Virus record (IMG/VR): IMGVR_UViG_3300047551_002812
Location: 1 to 64,000 of that record
Direction: 5' to 3' (one strand)
From: a virus
Length of the DNA: 64,000 nt
Shown: positions 35,301-43,168 of the stretch, piece by piece
Layout of the letters: each line of letters starts with the position of its first letter
Numbering within the stretch: position 1 is the first letter of the stretch
Notes under the pieces: generated by a model
What the model saw: only the letters and a program-made list of their open reading frames with translations
The model's database searches: none
What the model was told of the DNA's origin: nothing
Translations under genes and position numbers: made by a program

Positions 35301-38055
35301 ACGGGACCCCTTCATCCTGGCTGAAAGACCTGGTCTTATACCCAACCGCGTGGAGCGAGATGTCACCAAAATCAGAGCAGGAGTTAGTGATGGATAGATC
35401 CGAACCGCTCTCGGAGACGAAGTGATCCGCATTTCCAATAACGAAGCAACTTACAATCTGGATGGTGGCATTATTACTACCTTTGAAACCAAAGTGCCTG
35501 TACTTGAAAGGATCGGCCGGGCAGGGTCTGTACTGCTTGCCTGTGCCCTGCTCCTTGTTGGTGGGAGGATCGAGGTAGTAGGTGTTATTGGTGTAGCAAG
35601 TCGGGTCGGTCTGCAGTGAGACCTGGGTGAAGTTCGCGGTGACCATGGACCTGAATCCCGACACCAGAGCTCCGTCGGCGTGTAATCCATTCATACCGAA
35701 GATTGATCTTACCGAGCAGTTGAATACGTAAGGTGAGGAGGATCTGGTGGAGTTGATGTCGGGAAGATCGAACACCCGCTGATCACCGGAACCCTGGTTT
35801 TTGATCTTGGAGGCTCCGGGGTAGGAGATCGGAGAGTCGACACGGGAATCACCCGCCGGGAAACCGGTCTGGTTCTCCTCGGAGTCCGTCTGGCGAAGGT
35901 TCTTGGAGTCATAGATAGGGGCAACGATCGTGGTCTCTGCCTGGATCGCTTCGAGTCCCTGCGACCCCCACCCGTCGTACTGACCGAACAGACTGTTCAG
36001 TTTGGAGTAGTAGGATGTCTCGACCGAGCTTCCAACGATCTCCGACTGCGAAGCGAATCCGATAGCAGTCACGGTGTTGTGACTTCTGGAGATCTGAGGG
36101 TTGTCGGTAAAAGTGATAAGTGAGATATAACTACCACCCGTTACTTTGAAAATGCTAGTCCTATCGCGCTGAGGCTCCTCCTCAATCGGATTGAGTTCGG
36201 GGACATACATCGGCCTGACTCTGACCTTACGGGTATCGACGCCGTTGACCGAGATACCGCGTGGGACAATCAGACCGCCCCCGGTAGGATTGATGAGGGA
36301 GAGGTTGTCGTAGTAAAGATTGTCGTCAAGCGGAAAATCACCTTTAACATACTCGAGAGTTATCTTCCAGATGGAAGAACTGAGACTCTCCTTCTCTACC
36401 TTGGAGATATTTCCAACACCTCCACTCTGCGAGTACAGGATCCTTCCGAGACTGAGTGTTCTCGGAGGTTGGGACAGAGTCGGGCTAAGAGAGTCTACGT
36501 AGATGACTAAAGCTCTATCCTGTTGTTCCCTATTCAGAACCTTGAACCCGGTGGGAACTCTCTGCACAAGGCCCGTCTCCGCCGACAGTCCGGATACGCT
36601 TCCGGCCCCGGGGGAGTTATCCACGTAGTAATCGCCCGGGGCCAACTCGATGACGATTTTGTCGTACCGGTCGTTGTACTGTCCGGCTCTGCGACTCTCC
36701 CTCACGGCCTCTACGAGGGCTCTCTCCACCGAACGGAAGGGTCTTGTTTGGGCAAATCCGTTATTATTTACGGAGTCGTCTCCAACCGCTGGATCGACAT
36801 AGATGATATTTTTTACAGTGGGATCGATGGTGGTACCGGTCCTGTCGCACCGAGGCGCGTTCTGCACCTTTATAAGACCACCCTGGCCATCGGCGTACAC
36901 CGCGACCGACTGGTAGAACTCCTTGTAGCACTTGGAACTGGAGACCTCGTAGCGGTACACCCCGTCGGGAGGGTTGGGATAGACGGCAGGGATGGTCTGC
37001 CCATCCGGGCATTCCTCGGCGAGTCGCTGTCCGACAAACTCCCTACCACCACAACTGAGGAAGGTGCCTAGAACAGGCGAGCAGTCCCCTCCGGGAGTCT
37101 CCTCAAACTTCCACTCGGAGGTAGCGCTGTGGTAAAACAGTTCGATGTGGGCATCCTTGATATTGATGATCCAGTCATCCACCGAATTGGCGATCTTGGT
37201 ATCACCACCGGGCCTTATGACGATTGGGAACCGGTCGAAGGTCCCAGAGATGTCCACAATGGCCACCCTGTCAGAGTCGGTCGGAGTGGCCGGTAGGGAG
37301 ACGATCAAGGATCCATTTGACGTGTCCGCGATGACCCTCTCCCAGCTTTTTGCTGAGTACGAATCTACCTTGATACCCGTATTCTTCAGGATCCGGGGGT
37401 AGGTGTTCAGACTACCGACATAGAGGCCAGGTCTCAGGTCCACGTATCCCGTACCCACCACCTCGCCATCGGAGTCGGTGGCTAGAGCGCTACCCGCGGA
37501 GTTCGTGACGAGTTTAGCGAGGGGGATATGCGGTACTGATACGGAGGGAAGGGCGGGTCCTATACTGAGCTGGACCGGGACACTAGCAGCGATATTCGCC
37601 TTGGCCACCGCCTCGTCAATGTAGATGTAGTTGATCTCCTCGCCGCTGATAAGCGCTACCGACTGGATCTCCCACGAGATCGGTTGACCGTCACTAGAGA
37701 TGATACTACCGGCCTCCACCCAGACGCCGTAGATGGTGGGATTGGTTCCCAGTTGTACCAGAGTAGGAGGTCCGATCTCCTTCGCCAATGTTGTGGGATT
37801 GTAGGATTTCAGAACGATACCGTCGTGAGCCAGGCGTCCAATCGCGGTCTCTTTATCCTCACGTGGATCGGCTACCTCCCAGTCCTTAAGACTGTCCCGT
37901 TGACCGATCTTCCACCCTGCATGCTCGATGGAGGTTGGTTCGGAGTAGAAATCCGAACGGTTAGTCCCGGCCGAGAAGCTAGAACCTTTCTGTACCTCGT
38001 TCAGGTATTCTACATTTACGATTGTTCCGTTATGGAACTGAACTTTGTCTAACAT
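32356..38055 (-). CDS. Large tail fibre / virion structural protein
   Basis: 1899 aa; IYVDP..GDDS..PFRSVERAL, beta-helix-like region, fibre repeats ASTTKAGLVQLA and ASETQKGIIEIAT. Confidence 0.85.
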   Translation of the reverse strand: MLDKVQFHNGTIVNVEYLNEVQKGSSFSAGTNRSDFYSEPTSIEHAGWKIGQRDSLKDWEVADPREDKETAIGRLAHDGIVLKSYNPTTLAKEIGPPTLVQLGTNPTIYGVWVEAGSIISSDGQPISWEIQSVALISGEEINYIYIDEAVAKANIAASVPVQLSIGPALPSVSVPHIPLAKLVTNSAGSALATDSDGEVVGTGYVDLRPGLYVGSLNTYPRILKNTGIKVDSYSAKSWERVIADTSNGSLIVSLPATPTDSDRVAIVDISGTFDRFPIVIRPGGDTKIANSVDDWIINIKDAHIELFYHSATSEWKFEETPGGDCSPVLGTFLSCGGREFVGQRLAEECPDGQTIPAVYPNPPDGVYRYEVSSSKCYKEFYQSVAVYADGQGGLIKVQNAPRCDRTGTTIDPTVKNIIYVDPAVGDDSVNNNGFAQTRPFRSVERALVEAVRESRRAGQYNDRYDKIVIELAPGDYYVDNSPGAGSVSGLSAETGLVQRVPTGFKVLNREQQDRALVIYVDSLSPTLSQPPRTLSLGRILYSQSGGVGNISKVEKESLSSSIWKITLEYVKGDFPLDDNLYYDNLSLINPTGGGLIVPRGISVNGVDTRKVRVRPMYVPELNPIEEEPQRDRTSIFKVTGGSYISLITFTDNPQISRSHNTVTAIGFASQSEIVGSSVETSYYSKLNSLFGQYDGWGSQGLEAIQAETTIVAPIYDSKNLRQTDSEENQTGFPAGDSRVDSPISYPGASKIKNQGSGDQRVFDLPDINSTRSSSPYVFNCSVRSIFGMNGLHADGALVSGFRSMVTANFTQVSLQTDPTCYTNNTYYLDPPTNKEQGTGKQYRPCPADPFKYRHFGFKGSNNATIQIVSCFVIGNADHFVSESGSDLSITNSCSDFGDISLHAVGYKTRSFSQDEGVPSGSYGGTKISQIVPPRPLSYSVLADGSGPTLVDTEINTGLVLDYELTKTKYISESVNGVPPSLIKVYVKSSNTSSPFSATGNVPSSSKMGFGQFTYTIKKSDGTYELSGGSSRANRKRLYIKGFDEKGNSILYTGDIQLALPSYPGFNELDDSSKIFVWDTEKSQWYVNVSTSTILEELEDVDGDGYLLKRINYAFRYKILQNPTPTELSYSSLDFLFQSATISTVRGIDKRKSDERIYRIVLEGFIKDEGMRRPQNYYILEKQLGVNGYPLNGSSTLLDDPLTISQIRDYDEVFDPEAYRRRLAEKGASDGRFVAYLTQGTQARKVSSGDLYPALNYDEPEQTADPVGSITRIALSEMINRPGVYIPGVIEPGVNPVPLKVRSTSASSGILIGLRRPSVIRASGHTWEWTGYLNYDTAFPTFQGEPLEQDFALGKIIVESNGGKVYATGMNEEGSFYIGTTVFDLRTGEQFAIPLEADNEPGSVTNQVFNSVVVKSSLALNDDASVYFGADTKIYFDSKTSFNTTTGPITANQTPLPEVYASTTKAGLVQLADTSTIRGSKVSGNVGAADKLVVTAAALSNELKARFDNAIEGGTGIEVTSASVELPGGDPNTPDDNITRFTVSAKEASETQKGIIEIATADEVREFTSTTLAVTPATLIQAIGDSIKNVVNLRLSLSSTLNVPSETIPESDKIYVHPWNGNEIALYDSTTQRWFLLKFPTSTLPSFELKSGNPAVALTADTTFDVYLYNSGTLQAPVLAMDFQSWGGNTTPPTRGSKDGIPHKSGDPTRRLVGIVRTTATAGKSIMHLGGTYYTSPGTGQLDAADYPKLYLANLHNQYDARAIYFFGNGWNSITNGGAVGVNALWKTPPVYLSNARVSFVQASSTLVTAFLDIYNNPPGDASIAYVAPGIDVNVDSDTERKPPSDAFYGENQTNNTTAGSQWARSLTPGLHNIHYLYQQSGNSVINEHANHGMIVIAKV

Positions 38056-38070
38056 GATCAGGAGGATAAA

Positions 38071-38607
38071 TTAGGAGTTGGTGTTAACCCAAATGACTCT
38101 TCCCATCCAGTGAGTATTTGGACCAAAAGAGCTTAGTTCTATGAAGATGATTCGCCCGGGAGCCTTGTAGAAATCGATGGGATTATCAGCCGTTACATCA
38201 CCGTCTCCTCCCCACGTAACGGGAGAAGACTTCCAGATCGCCTCACTTCCCCAATCCACCGGATAGTCGAAGTAGGTGGTGGTGGTCTGTGGTAAAGACT
38301 CCGGGAACCTGAGTAGTATGCTATTCTGCCTGTAGTACCCCGGAGGAATATCCAGAGGATTCGTGTTGGAGATAGGCAGGTTGTCCGGCGAGGATACGTC
38401 CACGTCCAAGTAGTTACAGGTTAGAAGTGAGCCAGTGGGGTTGTTTTTAACCGCTCCTCCCAATTCAACCGGACTACCAACAGAGTCACCGGCCCAGATC
38501 CTCCCGTCCGCAACGTTGATACATACCTCACCTTCTTCAAGGTCGCCGATGAATGGCTCCTCTCCCGGTAGAAGAGTTGTGAGTTGCTGGAATGTCGCTT
38601 CGGCCAT
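38071..38607 (-). CDS. Tail-fibre-associated protein
   Basis: LEEGEVCINVADGRIWAG fibre N-terminal-type motif; GATTAAAG upstream. Confidence 0.6.
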   Translation of the reverse strand: MAEATFQQLTTLLPGEEPFIGDLEEGEVCINVADGRIWAGDSVGSPVELGGAVKNNPTGSLLTCNYLDVDVSSPDNLPISNTNPLDIPPGYYRQNSILLRFPESLPQTTTTYFDYPVDWGSEAIWKSSPVTWGGDGDVTADNPIDFYKAPGRIIFIELSSFGPNTHWMGRVIWVNTNS

Positions 38608-38631
38608 CAACAATACGATTTGTCTGATAAA

Positions 38632-38658
38632 CTTTAATCTACTTGTTATGGTTTAAAT
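38632..38658. promoter_or_regulatory. Back-to-back late promoter variants GATTAAAG (-) and GTTTAAAT (+)
   Basis: Each lies 24 nt from a start codon of the divergent tail-fibre and baseplate operons. Confidence 0.65.
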
Positions 38659-38682
38659 TCTAATATAGCAAAGAGTTTCGCC

Positions 38683-39735
38683 TTGAAGACGGGGTACATT
38701 ACCGACAGATTCAGCACACTGAGCGGTCTCTCCTCCGTAGCGTACGGCGCTGCGGACTCGTTTCGAGACGTGCAGAATCAGATTATAAGTGCGTCCCCGA
38801 CAAGAATCTTTGATACTCACAGACCTTCCGACATCTTCCAAGGATCTCTGATCTCGGAAACCCACCTCGTTGAGACGGTGATAAGCGCGCTCCAGGAGGA
38901 GTACTCCTCGAATGAGATCTTCGGGGACTATATCGACGAGGTACTAGGAGCGAATTGGGTGGAGAGAATCAGGCCATTTGTGGCGAAAGATCTGTACTTA
39001 GAGGCGGATCTCTCTTCGGACTATGGAAGTAGACTGGAGGATTACGTACTAGGGAGTTTAAAACGAGTATTCCCTGGCCATAGCGAACTACTATCTCTTC
39101 GAGATAAGGTCATCTCCTCTATCCTTTCCGACCCTGCTCTAGGGACCGATGTAAGGCTTGTAGCGTTGGTAGCCTCGAATAATCCGCACAGTAAATTAAG
39201 CACTCCACCCCCGGACAGCGTTGTGGTTCTACTAGAGAGCATCGATCTGGATCGCGATCACAGGGGGATCTCGTTTTCGACGGGGTACCTGACTCCACAA
39301 GACTACCAATCAGAAGTAGCGTATCCTGGGTTTTCAAACTCCACTTCAGTTCCGTCAACGTTCAAAGATTCCGTACTAGATGGTTACGTCGGGTACCCTC
39401 CTGGAACATTGATGGAGCAGGTGTTCAATCCCGCCGGATCGGAGTCAGTGAGAGATACCACGTTATCCTCAGTCGATGTTCTCTCCGACTCGGATGTATG
39501 GAATGCCTCGTCTGTACTCGGCCAGTTGGCGGATATACCTGGACTGATGAAGGGTGACAGGGATATCTACGAGATTAGCCTTATAGGCCCAAGGATCAAC
39601 AATCTTCTCTCGTTTGATCCGTCGACAATGTCGAATGGGGACTACTTTGACACTAGCTCACTACCTAAGATCCTGAACGCTGACGGGGAGGATGGGGTGC
39701 CGATGTCCTCACGTAATTTCTCCAATACATTCTAA
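38683..39735 (+). CDS. Hypothetical baseplate-region protein
   Basis: 350 aa, TTG start 24 nt after GTTTAAAT; coupled to baseplate J. Confidence 0.65.
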   Translation: MKTGYITDRFSTLSGLSSVAYGAADSFRDVQNQIISASPTRIFDTHRPSDIFQGSLISETHLVETVISALQEEYSSNEIFGDYIDEVLGANWVERIRPFVAKDLYLEADLSSDYGSRLEDYVLGSLKRVFPGHSELLSLRDKVISSILSDPALGTDVRLVALVASNNPHSKLSTPPPDSVVVLLESIDLDRDHRGISFSTGYLTPQDYQSEVAYPGFSNSTSVPSTFKDSVLDGYVGYPPGTLMEQVFNPAGSESVRDTTLSSVDVLSDSDVWNASSVLGQLADIPGLMKGDRDIYEISLIGPRINNLLSFDPSTMSNGDYFDTSSLPKILNADGEDGVPMSSRNFSNTF

Positions 39736-41024
39736 TGTCAAATATCTACGGACCTATTCTCCCGCTGCAACTTGATAGTCGTAATACCGCGGCTCTAGTT
39801 CGTGCGATACAGACCAGGATAAATCTAGAGTCGGGAGGAAAACTGAACGACTTTACTCCCGCGTCTCCTCTCTCGGCCATAAGTGAGGGTCAGGCACTCG
39901 CGCAGTCCGAACTCCTTTACTACCTTAACAACTTACCCGAGGCTTTCAGTCTCCAGTGGCTTAGACAACTTGGTATTCAGAGGAGGATCGGCTCCAGAGC
40001 GTTTGTAGATGTCACCTTCTACAAAGCACCTGGATACGGCAGAGTCGTTATCGTGCCTAAAGGAACTAGATTGTACTCAAATGCCGGACTCGAGTACGAA
40101 CTTCTTGAGGAAGTGAGAATGCTGGAGACACAGGACTCCTTCACCGCGACCTGCAGATCGAGGAAATGGGGATCGTCCTACAACGTAGGGGAGGGGGAAA
40201 TAAATAAGATAGAGAAAGCCTTTGTAGGACTAGAATCACTACGTAATAACCTACCTGCCTCTGGAGGAAGCGATCTCGAATCCGTGAACGCTATGAAGAA
40301 AAGGGCATTCGAGGTACTGAGTAGGAGGAATCTCACCACCTCCACCGACTTCGAGAATGAGATTACCAATCTTATCGGCTCCACCCCCATCATCAAGGTT
40401 CTTACATACGAGGAGAGGTATCAACTCTCCCGAATGCTATCTGGAAATGTCGTGATATGCCTAGGGGATGAGAACGGTAAAGCACTCTCCGAGACAATCC
40501 TTCAGTACGTCATAGATTCGATGAGAAATAGGATCGCCATGGGTACTAATGTATCCCTAATAAGTCCGGAGATTGTGCCGGTAGATCTAGTACTAGAGGT
40601 ATATTATGATCCAGCGGAGATAAATGGCAACACGGACCTGAAATCCAACGAGATACTACAGGCGCTGAAAGACTACCTCAACCCGCTAAATCTCCCACTT
40701 GGAAGCGATCTTTTCTACCAGGACCTACTGAGAAAGATCTACGAGTTACCATTTATCAAAACCATTAACAACCTAGATATCAAACTGATGCTAAGGGACA
40801 CCTCGATCACGGAGGGGTTCTGCGCGGGATTCAGCGGAACAGAGTCGGAGGAGCAGAAAAAATGTCTCTACAATTACCTCTCCGTAGTGAACTCCGACAA
40901 TCAACTATTCTCTTCGGTGTCAGGAATCTCCTCTTACAAGCTTTATAACGCGCAGATAACATTCACGTCGGTGAATGACTTTAGTCCACTGACATACACG
41001 TACACCGAGTTATACACACCATGA
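39735..41024 (+). CDS. Baseplate J-like wedge protein
   Basis: LNDFTPASPL, GIQRRIG, VPKGT, GSSYNV, GGSDLES. Confidence 0.9.
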   Translation: MSNIYGPILPLQLDSRNTAALVRAIQTRINLESGGKLNDFTPASPLSAISEGQALAQSELLYYLNNLPEAFSLQWLRQLGIQRRIGSRAFVDVTFYKAPGYGRVVIVPKGTRLYSNAGLEYELLEEVRMLETQDSFTATCRSRKWGSSYNVGEGEINKIEKAFVGLESLRNNLPASGGSDLESVNAMKKRAFEVLSRRNLTTSTDFENEITNLIGSTPIIKVLTYEERYQLSRMLSGNVVICLGDENGKALSETILQYVIDSMRNRIAMGTNVSLISPEIVPVDLVLEVYYDPAEINGNTDLKSNEILQALKDYLNPLNLPLGSDLFYQDLLRKIYELPFIKTINNLDIKLMLRDTSITEGFCAGFSGTESEEQKKCLYNYLSVVNSDNQLFSSVSGISSYKLYNAQITFTSVNDFSPLTYTYTELYTP

Positions 41025-43156
41025 ATCTAGAGATATGGAACAGTATCAGTGTCAGACGGAGGAACCCCTCACTCTCGTCTGGCCATATAGTCCTGGAATT
41101 TGATAGAACAAAGAAACCGAAACTATTCTCTCATAAGCTTGGAAGGATAACCTTCGAGGCAAAAAATATCAACTCCGACCGAGATAAAATCATTGAGGTG
41201 CAGAAGGGCAACCTCGGTGTAAACGGATTCGTATTCAAGAATGTCGGGCATACCTACTCCGACAGTATTGTGATAGATAAGGATCAACTTTCTGGCTCCT
41301 ACCCGGTGTACGCTCACGGGCATCCGCTTGGGGGGACGGAGCATGCCGGCATGGAGAGCTGCTCCAAGGAAGGGTTAGTATGTAAGGATGGAGAGGGCGA
41401 GGATAACCTGTGTAATCCTGGTAAGTGCATGATAGGAAAAATATCTTACGTTAGAAACAGTAAGTGGAGATACGAGTCGAGTAATAAGTACAACTCCAAC
41501 CTCCCTCTCGTCTACTACCTTAATGGCACGGAGGCAATAGAGCTCCGTTCTATACTACGGGGAAAAGTGGTGGGGTTTAGTGACTCCGGGGCTGTTACGT
41601 TGAGCATCGATGCTCCAGCATCGAAGTACTCAAAGATCCTGCTTCCTCCAAAGTACTACTTCTCAGAGGATTTTATAGACTCCGCCGTAAAGGTAATTGA
41701 TAGTAGGCTGGGGAGCGTGCACAACCCGCCTAAACTAGATCTTATCGGAGTAGAGAATAGAAAGAGTGAGTTTATATCGTCGTTCATGATTTCAGTATAT
41801 CCCGGTACGTCCGAGGGGTACATCTCGAGTATATTGCATAGTAGTGAGGTAAACGAGAAGATTAAGTCGAATCTGTTATCCGTATTCTCCTCCCTACCAC
41901 CTGAGTGGTTTGAACAGTGTTTCTCCGTTATCGAGGAGGAGTATCTGTATAGCGAAGTACGAAACTACACCAATCTCACCTTCATCTCCGCGGTTTACGA
42001 CAGGGTCAAAAACTTATTTGAAAGTATCATACAGATCACCGGCAGTTCGTTTAAGAGCGGGTCTTTGGAGTACGGTAAGGACTCTATAGCTAGACCGGTG
42101 TACTCCAGACTACCGGGAGTATCAGAAGCGTACCGCTCCGACCCTCTCTTCTCCGAGAACGAGACTCCCGCAATGTGGTTGACTAGTGGCGTCGATGACT
42201 TTCTATCCAAGAAGAGGGAGCAGATCACCGCATTCTACCAGGACTATCTAGATGTAAGCACTTGTTCGCCTCTGGTTCTTGACTGGCTCGCCCAGCACGT
42301 GGGTCTATTCGGGGACCTGTGGGACCAGAGGTGGAACAGGGATATCAAGATGGCGCTCATAAAGAATGCTTTTGGGTGGTTTGATAGGCAGAAGACAAAT
42401 ACCATTCCCGGCGTTGGTGATGTAAACACTCCAAAAGGCGAGGCGTTAAACCAATTTCCCTTCTCCTCCGGGGTAACATGGACATCAACACTTTCCCAGG
42501 ACAATAGCGACAGGGTGAAGTACGACGAGATAGGAAGAGCCACGTACAACGGGACGGAACTCGTCTCCGAGACGTTCTTCTCGCAGAGAACCTACAACCA
42601 GACCACAAACCTGGTATCTATCTCTAGTGTAAATGAGGTAAAAGTCTACGATGGTAAGTGGAATGGTCTTATAGAGGCCAAAGGTAGCCTTCTCTCGTTC
42701 GCGTTTCTAGCGTCCGTATTTGGTCTGAAGTCCCACTCGGCGCAGGAGTTGCAGGTGACAGGCACGATTACTGAGACCTTGGACGATCAGACTCAGAGGC
42801 AGGTACTGATCAAGAGACCCAAGAGCGGACTTCGTAACGCCGAGGTGAGCGCTCCTGCACTGTGGCCATATAAATGCGATCCTCTTCAGGTGGGAGGAGA
42901 GACAGACGCGAAGATAGGTAATTATGTTAATCAGATGGTGGCCGGTGTTTCCAAGGCAACGGACCCCTTGAATTGCAAAAACGTGTTCTTCAGGGTTCCT
43001 TACTACTACAACAGGGACGGGAAGTCGTGGGACAGGGTAAAGTACATAGTGGATAACTGGCTTCCAGACAACATGAATAAGAGAGTCCAGTACGCGTATC
43101 TCTCGGCGGGATTATGGGCCGTCGGGGACGCTTTCTTCGACCCTAACCAGGACTAA
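41021..43156 (+). CDS. Baseplate/tail protein with P2 gpI-like domain
   Basis: YSRLP..Y, YLDVSTCSPLVLDWLAQHVG..W. Confidence 0.75.
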   Translation: MNLEIWNSISVRRRNPSLSSGHIVLEFDRTKKPKLFSHKLGRITFEAKNINSDRDKIIEVQKGNLGVNGFVFKNVGHTYSDSIVIDKDQLSGSYPVYAHGHPLGGTEHAGMESCSKEGLVCKDGEGEDNLCNPGKCMIGKISYVRNSKWRYESSNKYNSNLPLVYYLNGTEAIELRSILRGKVVGFSDSGAVTLSIDAPASKYSKILLPPKYYFSEDFIDSAVKVIDSRLGSVHNPPKLDLIGVENRKSEFISSFMISVYPGTSEGYISSILHSSEVNEKIKSNLLSVFSSLPPEWFEQCFSVIEEEYLYSEVRNYTNLTFISAVYDRVKNLFESIIQITGSSFKSGSLEYGKDSIARPVYSRLPGVSEAYRSDPLFSENETPAMWLTSGVDDFLSKKREQITAFYQDYLDVSTCSPLVLDWLAQHVGLFGDLWDQRWNRDIKMALIKNAFGWFDRQKTNTIPGVGDVNTPKGEALNQFPFSSGVTWTSTLSQDNSDRVKYDEIGRATYNGTELVSETFFSQRTYNQTTNLVSISSVNEVKVYDGKWNGLIEAKGSLLSFAFLASVFGLKSHSAQELQVTGTITETLDDQTQRQVLIKRPKSGLRNAEVSAPALWPYKCDPLQVGGETDAKIGNYVNQMVAGVSKATDPLNCKNVFFRVPYYYNRDGKSWDRVKYIVDNWLPDNMNKRVQYAYLSAGLWAVGDAFFDPNQD

Positions 43157-43168
43157 GAGAGGGCGTAC